Below, in pieces: positions 9,571 to 19,049 of a stretch of 64,000 nt of DNA. Below the pieces are notes generated by a model that was not told where the DNA came from, did no database searches, and was given only the letters and a program-made list of their open reading frames with translations. Location of the stretch: positions 4,160,001 to 4,224,000 of the forward strand of contig OZ242005.1 in the NCBI GenBank assembly GCA_965204725.1, written 5' to 3'. Position numbers and translations under genes: made by a program. Positions within the stretch are counted from its first letter, which is position 1. Each line of letters begins with the position of its first letter. Source of the DNA: Candidatus Latescibacterota bacterium. Lineage in GTDB: Bacteria > Latescibacterota > UBA2968 > UBA8231.

Positions 9571-12327
9571 CTACTCCAGCCCCGCGTACACGGTTATGAA
9601 ACTGGTGCTAAAGGCACTGATTTCACTGGCCCGCTCCAAGCCTTCATTCCCGACAATCACCCGCTCCTCCCACAGGCGCGTGTAACTAAAGCCAAACTGC
9701 GTCGTCAGCCGGTAGCCCAAGTAGGAGCTGGCACTGGACCATTGCAGGGCCAGCACCAAGTTGCGGAAGTCGCCCGTAGGCCCGGCCGGGCCGTTGGCGA
9801 GCTGGTCGTCCTCGTTGAGACCCAAGTCCCGGAATAGGGAAAATTCAACGCCCCCTTCTATCAGCGACTGGCTCAACAGCGGATGGCTCAGCAGCACGAT
9901 GCCCGTGCCAACCCACTCCTCGCGGTCCTCGGCGCGCGCTTCGAGCGCAGTCTGGTTGAGATACTCGCTCTTGACCTTGGGCTGCAACCTAAAGCCAGCC
10001 AAGCCACAGGTGTAATCCGCCTTATTGATCAACCCAATTAAGTGGCTGCCTCGGTTGAGCACCGGCCCTTTGACGCGGCTTTTGAACGCCTCGCCCTGCT
10101 GCCAAAAACGCTCGTACTTGAACTTGTTGCTCGCGTTTAGGTTGGCGAGCGGCTGATAATCGAGCTGTAAATAGGTCGTGTTGATCCACGTGTCCCGCGC
10201 CGGCAGAATGTCGCGCACCAGCGCGAGCGAGTTGACTTCGAGGTGGGGCGTCATCTCGCGCCGGTCGTCGGCGATATCGTCGGCCACGCGCCGCAGCATC
10301 TCAAAGGCTCGCAACCGGCCCCAAGTGAAGTCGCGGTCATAGGTCAGCAGACTATATGTGGCGCGGTTGCGCCGATCGGAGGCCATGCTCTTTTCGCTCA
10401 ACCTGCCCAACGTCAGCCGGGTGTGCGGGTTGAGGAAGACCCCGGCATACAGGTTGTAGCCCCGGCGATCGGCCTTGTAGGGGTAGTCGGGCAAGTCGTC
10501 GTTTTCAAAGCGGTCGATCCAACCATTGTTGTTTAGGTCGATGCCGAACAAAAACTCCGGGCGATCGGCCGCGTAGCGGAAGAACGGTTCTTCGTAGTCT
10601 GGGATGCGGTTGTTGAGAATGCGGTTGTCGTTTTGGTTGAAGTCGGAGACAAAGTCGTTGTTTTCGTCCCACCCCGGGAAGACGGCCACATCGCCGCCGC
10701 CCTGCGAGAAGCGGAACCAATCGGCCGAGCGGTCTTGGTCGTCGTTGTCGTCAACCAACTCGTACAGGGACGTGCGCGGATTGTCGTAGGTAATGCCCCC
10801 GTTGTCATCTACGATAAACGAACTCGTCGAGTACTCGGGGTCCATGCTGTACGCCTCGCCAAAAAAGTAAAACGGGGCGGCCACTTTTGCGGCGTTGATC
10901 ATCCAAGCCTCGGCGTCGCGGGCATGCGTGGCCAGCGAGCGGTCGGCGGCTTGTCGCGCCGGGTTGGGGTACTGGCTGTACGCACGGCTGACATCGAATT
11001 CCGCATATAGGTCAACGCCCTTAATATCCGCGGCGTCCAAGGTAAAGCCGTATATCAAGCGAGACGACGGCAGCCCGTAGTCGAAGACGACCCGCTGCTG
11101 ATTGGAATTGTCCTGCACATTGCCCTCCGCGCTGAGGACGTCGAACAACGCCGGGGATTGATCCTCAACGTCTTGGCCCGTCAGCGGCAAGACCGGCAGG
11201 GCGTACGTGCCCGTCTGCCGGTCGGACCAAACCTGCACCTTGTAGTCATTCGCCAAGACCAAGTCGAATTGTACCGCGACGATCTCCGAGGGGCGCGGGC
11301 CGGTGTAGGCAATATCCGCGAAGTCGTAGTTGATGACGATCTTTTCGTCGCCGTCGGCCGCTAAGGCCCCTTCCTTGGGCGCCCCGCCCGAGACCACGGG
11401 CCACCGCGCCGGATCGGCGACCACGTCGCGGAGCCTAAACTGCTCGCGCTCGCCCGTCTCTGGATCCTCGCTCGTCAATACGATGTCGTGCGAAAACAAG
11501 GTTGCCCCACCCCGCCCATCCTCGGGCGAGTCGTCGCTGAGGACGAGGGCAATGCCCGATATGGGCAGGCTGCCCTGATTGGCCGCGAGGGTCCCGACGA
11601 AGGGGTTGCGCTCAAACGCATCGGCCACGGTGGTAGAGTTGCGCGCATTGACCAAATTGGCCCCCACGGCCACGAAATCGCCGATCTGGACCACGGCGCG
11701 GCCAGCCATCAGGTTGGTCGCGTTGGAGACCGCACTGGGGTCGTCGGGCGTACTGCCGATGACCGGGCGGCTCACCCGCGAAAAGAGCAGCGTGCCCTCG
11801 TACTTGTCCGCAGCAAAGTCCATCTGCACGCCGCTGAAGGCCGGCTTGGAAAAGGTGAGCGGGGTTAGGGTCGTGCGGATGCGCTCGCCCACCGTGATCG
11901 CATAGTAGAACTGCCCCTGCGAGTCCGAGCTAATGGTGACCGCGTTGAACCAGTTGTTAAAGCGCTGATCTTTGAAGATGGACGAACCAAACTGGACGGG
12001 CTGGTTCTGGCTCCAGTCATAGATGAGCCAGCCGCGCGTCAAATAGTTGCCATACAGGTCGTAAAACGGCGAGCCTTCAATGGTAGTGCTGACGTAGCGT
12101 TCGTACGCGTCGCGGGCGTAGTTGGTGTACTGCCACTGCTGCCAACCATAGTCGGCAAACAGCTCCTGCGGCACGTACCAGCGCTTGACCGTTGGGTCCA
12201 AAGCGTCGAAAAGCACCCCCGGCCCGCGCGGTTCGTAGGTAATCTCCGCTCCCCAGCGCCGGCCTTGGGCATCGGCGCTCAGGGCCGCGCCGAGCAAGGC
12301 GGCGAGTATCCACCGTAGGTCTCTCAT
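9571..12327 (-). CDS. Large secreted/outer-membrane hypothetical protein A (918 aa), paralog of B
   Basis: Signal peptide MRDLRWILAALLGAALSADA; shared YTNYARD, FYDLYG..L..GWLIYDW, PDYEEPF, DLNNNGWIDRFENDD; ends SFITVYAGLE. Confidence 0.75.
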   Translation of the reverse strand: MRDLRWILAALLGAALSADAQGRRWGAEITYEPRGPGVLFDALDPTVKRWYVPQELFADYGWQQWQYTNYARDAYERYVSTTIEGSPFYDLYGNYLTRGWLIYDWSQNQPVQFGSSIFKDQRFNNWFNAVTISSDSQGQFYYAITVGERIRTTLTPLTFSKPAFSGVQMDFAADKYEGTLLFSRVSRPVIGSTPDDPSAVSNATNLMAGRAVVQIGDFVAVGANLVNARNSTTVADAFERNPFVGTLAANQGSLPISGIALVLSDDSPEDGRGGATLFSHDIVLTSEDPETGEREQFRLRDVVADPARWPVVSGGAPKEGALAADGDEKIVINYDFADIAYTGPRPSEIVAVQFDLVLANDYKVQVWSDRQTGTYALPVLPLTGQDVEDQSPALFDVLSAEGNVQDNSNQQRVVFDYGLPSSRLIYGFTLDAADIKGVDLYAEFDVSRAYSQYPNPARQAADRSLATHARDAEAWMINAAKVAAPFYFFGEAYSMDPEYSTSSFIVDDNGGITYDNPRTSLYELVDDNDDQDRSADWFRFSQGGGDVAVFPGWDENNDFVSDFNQNDNRILNNRIPDYEEPFFRYAADRPEFLFGIDLNNNGWIDRFENDDLPDYPYKADRRGYNLYAGVFLNPHTRLTLGRLSEKSMASDRRNRATYSLLTYDRDFTWGRLRAFEMLRRVADDIADDRREMTPHLEVNSLALVRDILPARDTWINTTYLQLDYQPLANLNASNKFKYERFWQQGEAFKSRVKGPVLNRGSHLIGLINKADYTCGLAGFRLQPKVKSEYLNQTALEARAEDREEWVGTGIVLLSHPLLSQSLIEGGVEFSLFRDLGLNEDDQLANGPAGPTGDFRNLVLALQWSSASSYLGYRLTTQFGFSYTRLWEERVIVGNEGLERASEISAFSTSFITVYAGLE

Positions 12328-12342
12328 TAAGGCCCTCCCTAA

Positions 12343-14508
12343 TCAGTACACCAACTCGACGACGCGGACCGCGCTCTCGCCGCCCGCATCGCTGGCCAAC
12401 GTCACGCGCACCAAGTAAATGCCCGGCGGCAGCGCGGCCCCACGCCCATCCGCACCGTCCCAAGGCATGGCGTACGAACCGCCGCCTTGGAGGCCGGAGA
12501 ATAGTTGGCGCACCCGGCGTCCGGCCAAATCGACGATTTCCACGTCAACCGGGGCCGGGCTGACCAACCGGCTCAGATCGTAGTACACGTGCGTCGCGTC
12601 GTTGATTCCATCGCCGTTGGGGCTAAAGGGCCGGGGCTCGGAGCGCACGTTGATCAGCAGGGGACTGCGGCCAGCCAGCGGCACATCGACCGAAAGGCCC
12701 CGGCTCGTCGCCGCGCCCACAGCCACAATATCGTCGTCGCCGGGCGCCAACGCGGCCACGTTGCCGGCGACGACCTCCTGCCCCACCTCTCCCTCGGCCC
12801 TGTTGAAGGCAAAACCGGCGAACTTGGTGCCGTAGCGCAACACGCGGCTGCGAAAGCGAATTCTGAGCTGGGCCGTCCGTCCGGTCGCCAGTTCGCTCTC
12901 GGCAATCAGGGGAAAGCGCACGCGAAAGCGACGCGCACCAACCGACTCAATGGCAAAGCGTCCGCTCTCGTCGGTCACCGGCAGCGCAGAAAGATCGGCC
13001 CTTGAAAAGTCTGCGGCCTCGACCCGACCATCGGCCGCTTCTACTTCGATGGACTCAATGGCCTCGACCTGCACCGGCGTGGCGATCTCAAAGCCGTCAA
13101 AGCCCGTATCTACGCCCGACCGAATGGAGGTTGGCATCACTGCATAGATGAAATCCACCGGCTTGCCCAAATCGACCTGCCGCGGAAAAATTTCTCCGAG
13201 AATCTGCGCGGCCGGCGGCGGCGTAGCCACGGTGAAGGCCAGCGGGCCGATGCCTGTGGCCCCGTCTAAGTCCTCGCTGAGAAAGTCGATGCGGAACTGT
13301 ATGTACCGCCTAGGCCCAGGCGAAACAATCGGCACGCCCAACTGGCCATCCTCAATTTCTGCCTCGGTCAACGCGGCCCCCAAATCGTAGGGTGAGGACC
13401 ACGGACTCCAAGCGTCTAGGTCGGCGACCACATTGCCCCGCTCGGCCCCCAAGCCCTTGTAGTCGTCCAGCGACAGCGAGATGGCGTTGCGCTCCGCCAG
13501 CGGCAGCGCACCAAAGAGCGCCCGCGCCCTCTCCAGATCGACTTGGTCGAGATTGACCTCGCCGCCCTCGGTCTCAACCGCGGCATTCTTTTGCCACGGC
13601 ACCTCGACTTGGGTCCCTTGAAAAAAGAAGCGCCGGGTATAGACCAAGGGATTGTCGTCCAAGCCCGTGCGGGTGCGGATGCGCGCACTGGAGAAACCAG
13701 CCGGGCCGACGCTTTCCTCCACCCAGCGAATGGTCCCCCACAAGCCCAAATCTGGGCCGAGGTCGAAGATGTTGGATAGGTATTCGGCCGTGGGCACGAA
13801 GCCGGTGCCAAAGACGCGGAACTCGGCGATCTCAAAACCGCTGCTGGTGCGCGACTGCAAGCGAATGAAGCGCACAAATTGCGGGGGAATGCTCAGACTG
13901 ACCAGCGCGTCTTGGTTGGCAGCATCCAACCGAAACGAGCGCCATTCCGGGCCGCCCGCGCCCTGCGTCTGTTCGCTGCCATCGTTGAAAAACAGTTCGT
14001 AGCCGCGGATGAAGTCCTCTTGGAAAGGCGCGGCGGGAAAGTCTGGGTGGCCGTTGCGCGGGAAAAACTGGACGCGCTGGACCCCAAAGCGAGCACCGAG
14101 GTCGAAGTCCATGGCCATGCCGCGGATGACAGCCACGTTCTTGCGCTCCAAGGCCGTTTCACCGTCGCCGTCAATCATCGTCTCTAGCTGCGACTCAATC
14201 CCCGCTTCGAGAACCGTCGGCGAGGTGACCGAGCCGCCGCGCCCGAGTATGCCGAGGGCTAGATTGGTGCCTTTGACGACGTTTTGCGGAAAAATCCAAC
14301 CCGCCCGTCCCTCGGGGTCAAAGTCGATCACTCCGCCCGGGGTGTTGCCGCGCTCGACGTCTCTGGCCCCGGTCGGGAAAATCGCCGGTATCTGGCCGCC
14401 GCCATCTTGCCAAGACGATCCGCTCGCGCCGCCGATGACAATGCTTTGCGTCTCGGCCATGCCTTGCAGGGCCGCTAGCAACAGCAGCGCGATCGGCAAC
14501 CCGTACAT
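12343..14508 (-). CDS. Secreted protein with discoidin-like domain and C-terminal FlgD-Ig/CHU_C-like domain (paralog 3)
   Basis: GGGAGG RBS before ATG 14508; signal peptide; FDLGARF, WSPWSSPY, SPGPRRYIQF; FSPNGDGIND...DLAGRRVR...WDGADGRG..LPPGIY. Confidence 0.75.
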   Translation of the reverse strand: MYGLPIALLLLAALQGMAETQSIVIGGASGSSWQDGGGQIPAIFPTGARDVERGNTPGGVIDFDPEGRAGWIFPQNVVKGTNLALGILGRGGSVTSPTVLEAGIESQLETMIDGDGETALERKNVAVIRGMAMDFDLGARFGVQRVQFFPRNGHPDFPAAPFQEDFIRGYELFFNDGSEQTQGAGGPEWRSFRLDAANQDALVSLSIPPQFVRFIRLQSRTSSGFEIAEFRVFGTGFVPTAEYLSNIFDLGPDLGLWGTIRWVEESVGPAGFSSARIRTRTGLDDNPLVYTRRFFFQGTQVEVPWQKNAAVETEGGEVNLDQVDLERARALFGALPLAERNAISLSLDDYKGLGAERGNVVADLDAWSPWSSPYDLGAALTEAEIEDGQLGVPIVSPGPRRYIQFRIDFLSEDLDGATGIGPLAFTVATPPPAAQILGEIFPRQVDLGKPVDFIYAVMPTSIRSGVDTGFDGFEIATPVQVEAIESIEVEAADGRVEAADFSRADLSALPVTDESGRFAIESVGARRFRVRFPLIAESELATGRTAQLRIRFRSRVLRYGTKFAGFAFNRAEGEVGQEVVAGNVAALAPGDDDIVAVGAATSRGLSVDVPLAGRSPLLINVRSEPRPFSPNGDGINDATHVYYDLSRLVSPAPVDVEIVDLAGRRVRQLFSGLQGGGSYAMPWDGADGRGAALPPGIYLVRVTLASDAGGESAVRVVELVY

Positions 14509-14519
14509 CGCAACCTCCC

Positions 14520-17012
14520 TCAATACGCCACGTGAACGAGGCGGTGCCTCGCCGTGCGTTCCACGTGCGAGTCGTCGTTGGGCACCACTCCCACCTCTAA
14601 TAGGTACAATCCGGGGGCGACCAACGCGCCGGATTGATCCTCGCACGACCAGCGCAGGGCGTACTCGCCGCTGACCAAGGGCCGCGTCTCCCGCCAGTGC
14701 CGAATCAGTCGGCCGGCTAGGTCGTAAATCCGCACGTGGAGCGGCTGAGTGCCGGTCAGCTTAGTGACCGCGAATGAGAACGCCAACTCGTCGTTGATCC
14801 CATCCCCATTCGGCGTCGCGATCCCACGGCCAATCCTCAGATCGCCCAGCACGTGCCGCCCGCCTTCCGGCCCTACCAACAGCATCCCCTGCCCGGTCGC
14901 CAACTCCGTTGCATCCGCTGGGTCAACCCGCTGCCAAGAATTTTCAAGGGCCGAATGTCCCAACGACGCCTTGAACACGGCACCGGGCAAAAAGAGGGCG
15001 GTGGTGAATTGCACCTCAATCAGGTCGGCTGAGGACGGACCGACGATCTCGTTTAAGCGCACCCACAAAGTGTCTGGAGCGGTCGCGACTACTTCGGCTG
15101 CGGTCGCTAGTTCCGCGCTCTCCCATTGGGCTTCGCGCCCCAAGCGCAGCCCGCCAAACTCCAACGCCATGTTGTCCGGTGCCCGTATCTGCACTTCGTC
15201 AAACCCCATGCTCTGGGGCGCGAAGCTCGGTTTGATGAAAAGCGAAAGCTCCTGCTTCTCGCCCAACGCGCCGACGACGCTCGGTTCGATCTCACCCAAC
15301 AGCCGGCGGGCCAGCGGCTCGACGAAGTGGAGCCGAATGGAGCGCAGCACGGCGGCGCGGTGTGGATCGCCCGAGAGCAAGCGGGCCTTGAGCAGCAGAA
15401 ATTGGCGCGGGCTTGGCGAAGTGATCGCCGCTCCCGACGCCTCGTAGGGCAAGCTCCACGCGCTCCAGTCGGCGCCGGGGGCTTCTGTCGTGTCGATCCG
15501 CCCTTTGCTGAAAAAGCCCAAGCCGGCGTATGCCTCAGCCGAAACTTCGCCGCCGCCGCTGTTGAAATAGCGGTACTCTTCGACCAACTCGCTGCCGGTG
15601 CGCGTCTGAATTTCGATAAAGGTCCCCAAGTCGGCGTCGCCATCCCACTCAAGCGAGACCAAGTTTTTCGAGCGGCCCAAGCGGATGAGCGGCGAAACCA
15701 GCTCGACCTCCGGCTGAAAGCCCTCGCCGTAGAACTGCACCTCGCGCGGTTTGAACTGTCCCCCGCCCCAGAACAAAATCCGCGCAAAGCGCGTGTGCGC
15801 CGGCGCGAACGCATCCACGTCGTACACGTCGCCGGTAAAGTGGCCAGAAGTGGCGCGATTGCGCCGCGAGACCTGCGTCGTCCACACCAGCGAGCCGTCC
15901 GCGGCCAGCGAACCGTCGGAAGTCTGCAAATCGTAATTGGGAAAGCGGCTGCGCTGGCGGTCGTAGTAAATCTGGTGCCGATCGATCCAGAAGGAAGAGC
16001 CTAAGTCGAAGAATAACTCCCGCACCTCGTCGGTGCTGGTAAAGGCCAAGGACGTCTCAAAGAGGCCGTCGAAGAAGGCCGTTGCCGGCGCGTTGTCCAA
16101 GAAGGTCAGCAGCGCGACGCCTTTGCGCTTGGCCAAGCCCAGCGAGATGTTTTCCCCAAGAGTCTGGACCTCTAATTCGGCCAGTCGCGGCCGCTCGCGG
16201 CGGTAGCGGCGGATCGCACCGCGCAACGCGGGGTCAACCACCTCGTACGTGGCCTCGCTGACCTGCACTTGGCCCGCGCCGGCCTTTTTGTAAAAATCCA
16301 CCGCGCCCCGGTCCACAGCCCCTAGCTGGTCGTATTGTTCAGCCGACACCTCGGCCGCGCGCGTACTATCCGTGCCGGTGATCGTCACGCGCACGAAGCG
16401 GATGTAGTCGCCCACCATGCGCCCTTCGCGGTCAAAGCGCGTGGGGCGCAGCTCAACTTCAAATTCTCGTTGGTCCTTGTTCGACTTCAAGGTGCGGAAG
16501 ACCGGGTTGAATCGGCGCTGACCTTTTGTTACCTCCCCGCCATCCGAGGTCAAAACCGCGAATTGCAAGAAGGGATCGCCCAGTTCCTCGTCGACGAATT
16601 TGAGCCGGATGTGGGTGGCCGCGACCAGCCGTCCCAAATCGACCTCAAACCACCATTGGCGCACTGGGCTGGCCGGATCGGGCTCCCAATAGGTGCTCAA
16701 GTCCCCGTCGAAAAGATGGACTAGATCCGCGGCCCGAGTGCCCGCGCTGAGGGCGTCGAGCAGGGTCGCGTCCTCCGAGCCTTTGCCGCGCTTGATAAAC
16801 GCCGCGATGTCTGACGTGGCCAGTATGTTCTTGGCCACAAAGTGCGGACGCACGGCCCCGGTTTCGTCTAGGTCGAGCGCACCGGCGGGAAAAGCCCACT
16901 GCTGCCAGTGCGCCTGCCGCTCAACGACGACCTCGTTCCCGGCAATGGTATGGCCCTGCCCCCAAGCGGCGACAACGCCCAAGATGCTCAGCAACAACGC
17001 AGCATTCAACAA
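14520..17012 (-). CDS. Secreted protein with two discoidin-like domains and C-terminal FlgD-Ig/CHU_C-like domain (paralog 2)
   Basis: Signal peptide; FDGDLSTYWEP..WWFEVDLG; WSAWSLPY, SPSPRQF; TPNGDGIND...IYDLAGRLIR...VAPGLY; ends in Y. Confidence 0.75.
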   Translation of the reverse strand: MLNAALLLSILGVVAAWGQGHTIAGNEVVVERQAHWQQWAFPAGALDLDETGAVRPHFVAKNILATSDIAAFIKRGKGSEDATLLDALSAGTRAADLVHLFDGDLSTYWEPDPASPVRQWWFEVDLGRLVAATHIRLKFVDEELGDPFLQFAVLTSDGGEVTKGQRRFNPVFRTLKSNKDQREFEVELRPTRFDREGRMVGDYIRFVRVTITGTDSTRAAEVSAEQYDQLGAVDRGAVDFYKKAGAGQVQVSEATYEVVDPALRGAIRRYRRERPRLAELEVQTLGENISLGLAKRKGVALLTFLDNAPATAFFDGLFETSLAFTSTDEVRELFFDLGSSFWIDRHQIYYDRQRSRFPNYDLQTSDGSLAADGSLVWTTQVSRRNRATSGHFTGDVYDVDAFAPAHTRFARILFWGGGQFKPREVQFYGEGFQPEVELVSPLIRLGRSKNLVSLEWDGDADLGTFIEIQTRTGSELVEEYRYFNSGGGEVSAEAYAGLGFFSKGRIDTTEAPGADWSAWSLPYEASGAAITSPSPRQFLLLKARLLSGDPHRAAVLRSIRLHFVEPLARRLLGEIEPSVVGALGEKQELSLFIKPSFAPQSMGFDEVQIRAPDNMALEFGGLRLGREAQWESAELATAAEVVATAPDTLWVRLNEIVGPSSADLIEVQFTTALFLPGAVFKASLGHSALENSWQRVDPADATELATGQGMLLVGPEGGRHVLGDLRIGRGIATPNGDGINDELAFSFAVTKLTGTQPLHVRIYDLAGRLIRHWRETRPLVSGEYALRWSCEDQSGALVAPGLYLLEVGVVPNDDSHVERTARHRLVHVAY

Positions 17013-17024
17013 GGCTCCTACTCC

Positions 17025-18974
17025 TCAATAAGCGACGGCAATGGGCCGGATATGCACTTGGCGTTCCCCGCCGCTTTCGACCTCGACTTGGCAGATATAC
17101 AGACCGGGGGCCACCGGCTGGCCGGCTTCGTCTCGCCCATCCCAGCGGCGCGGATGCCGCCCCGCGCCATCGGCCCCGGCATGTACGCGCCGCACCAAGC
17201 GACCGCTCAAATCCCGCACCAGCACCCGCACGGGCACCGGCTCGGTCACTTTGAGCAGCTCGTAGGCGATCTCCACCTGATCGTTGATTTGGTCGCCGTT
17301 GGGTGTAAACGCCGCGGCGCTCAGCGACACGGCCCCCAAGACCTTATCGTCTAGGGTCATTGCCTGAACCGAAAGTTGGTTGCCATCTACCAGCTCGTCG
17401 GCCTCGCCAGCGGCCACGAGTTGCCCGATCTCCTCTGGCTCTGTGCTGTCGATCACCCGGCCGGCAAAAATGGCCCCGTAGCGGAAAATTTCAGCGCGCA
17501 CATCCACTTCGAGCAGCTCTCGGCTGCGCGCAACGTCCAGCCGCGGGAACCCCAAAACGACGCCGGCATCCTCCGCTACGGCCCTGAAATCCGCCACCGG
17601 GACCCCGCTGAGGCGCACGGCCTCCACACCGGCGATCCGGCCGCCGACCAAGCGCAGGTCCAAACCGTCAAATCCTTTGTCGCCGGGTTCAATCGTCGGG
17701 CGCAAGGCATAGGTGAAAGTGCGTTCCTCAGCCACTGCGGCCCGCCAAGGATTGACCTCGCCCACTAAGCCGGTCACCAAGCGCGGAGAAACGGCGAATT
17801 CGAGATAGTCGAGCTGGCCGCCCGCTCGGCCAAAAGATTTGAATTCTATTCCGAACTGCACGTAGCGGTGGGAGCGCGTCGCCCGCAGGGCTACGCCCGC
17901 GCTGTCGGCGAATTCGTACGGCGACGACCACAGTTCCCATTGAGCGGTGTCGTCGGTGATGGCACCGCGTGCGATCGGCCCCAAGCGACCGTAGCTTTTG
18001 CGGGTCAGCAGCTTGCCGTCCTCGCCAAAGGGCACCTGCTCGTCGCCGCGGAAAGTCTTGCGCCAGTACACCAGCGGCGTCTCGTCGGCCCCAGCGCGCG
18101 AGCGGATCTCCACTCGCGCCCCTTCGTCCTGCCGCCCTCCCCAGCGCACCCAGCCCAAGTTGGCGAATTCGCCTAGGTCGAGAACATTGGACTGGTACGA
18201 GGCCGAGCCTTGGAAACCGCCGCCGTACACCTCCAATTCGGCCAAGTCCCAGATCTCGTCTTGCGGCATCACGTGGATCATCAAATAGCGGATGGGCGTT
18301 CCGTCTAGCTCGATGTCGAGTTGGGGGTTTTTGTTTTCCCGGATTTCCTCGACCACCTGTAGCTCAATGCCCTTTTTTTCGTCGGCCTCTCCCAGCGACC
18401 GATTCAGCGCACTCGCTCCGACGAATTCAATCTCGTCAATGCCGCCGCCGGCCTCGGTCTGCGCGGCAACGATGACGTGGGCGACCGAGCGCTCGCTGCC
18501 TGCCGGTGGGACGAAGCGGATCAACCGCGTCGCAAAATCGCCGCCGAGATCAAAGAAAAAAGCCGTGCCGCGGAAGGTATGGGCGTGTTCTCGCGGGCGG
18601 GTCTCTAAGAAAAACGTCGTCGGGTCCCCGTCGGTCACCACGCGCAGCTCGTCGCCGACATCTTCAAAGCCATTGTACGCGCCGTGCTGGAAATTGCCGC
18701 CGACCCCGCTCAAGCTGGTCGCCATATTATCGCGCTCGTTGTAGAAAAACGGCGTGATTTGCTCACTGAGCGAAAGCCCAAAGCTCTCGCCGCCCAAATT
18801 CTTGTCTAAGCCGGCCCAACTCAACTGGCGGAACTCGGCACCGGCCTCCACCTCGGCCGGCGGCGGCAGACTCTCGCCGCCGATGCGATAGACGACCAAG
18901 GCCGCGCTTGGCTGACCGCCGAGCAAGGCCAACAGGGCCGCGATGAGCCGCGTCGTGCGCTGCAATTTTTTCAC
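17025..18974 (-). CDS. Secreted protein with discoidin-like domain and C-terminal FlgD-Ig/CHU_C-like domain (paralog 1)
   Basis: GGAGG RBS, GTG start, signal peptide; TDGDPTT, FFDLGG, WELWSSPY; FTPNGDQIND...DLSGRLVR...WDGRDEAGQPVAPGLY. Confidence 0.75.
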   Translation of the reverse strand: MKKLQRTTRLIAALLALLGGQPSAALVVYRIGGESLPPPAEVEAGAEFRQLSWAGLDKNLGGESFGLSLSEQITPFFYNERDNMATSLSGVGGNFQHGAYNGFEDVGDELRVVTDGDPTTFFLETRPREHAHTFRGTAFFFDLGGDFATRLIRFVPPAGSERSVAHVIVAAQTEAGGGIDEIEFVGASALNRSLGEADEKKGIELQVVEEIRENKNPQLDIELDGTPIRYLMIHVMPQDEIWDLAELEVYGGGFQGSASYQSNVLDLGEFANLGWVRWGGRQDEGARVEIRSRAGADETPLVYWRKTFRGDEQVPFGEDGKLLTRKSYGRLGPIARGAITDDTAQWELWSSPYEFADSAGVALRATRSHRYVQFGIEFKSFGRAGGQLDYLEFAVSPRLVTGLVGEVNPWRAAVAEERTFTYALRPTIEPGDKGFDGLDLRLVGGRIAGVEAVRLSGVPVADFRAVAEDAGVVLGFPRLDVARSRELLEVDVRAEIFRYGAIFAGRVIDSTEPEEIGQLVAAGEADELVDGNQLSVQAMTLDDKVLGAVSLSAAAFTPNGDQINDQVEIAYELLKVTEPVPVRVLVRDLSGRLVRRVHAGADGAGRHPRRWDGRDEAGQPVAPGLYICQVEVESGGERQVHIRPIAVAY

Positions 18975-18995
18975 GTAACACCTCCAAGAAGAAGA

Positions 18996-19018
18996 GGGGA
19001 TGGAACCAGCCCATCCCC
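18996..19018 (-). terminator. Intergenic stem-loop after the first operon gene
   Basis: GGGGATGG-7nt-CCATCCCC, followed on the minus strand by TCTTCTTCTT and then the next RBS. Confidence 0.5.
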
Positions 19019-19049
19019 CCTCGTCCTTGCATCCTGCGATCCGGCCCGC

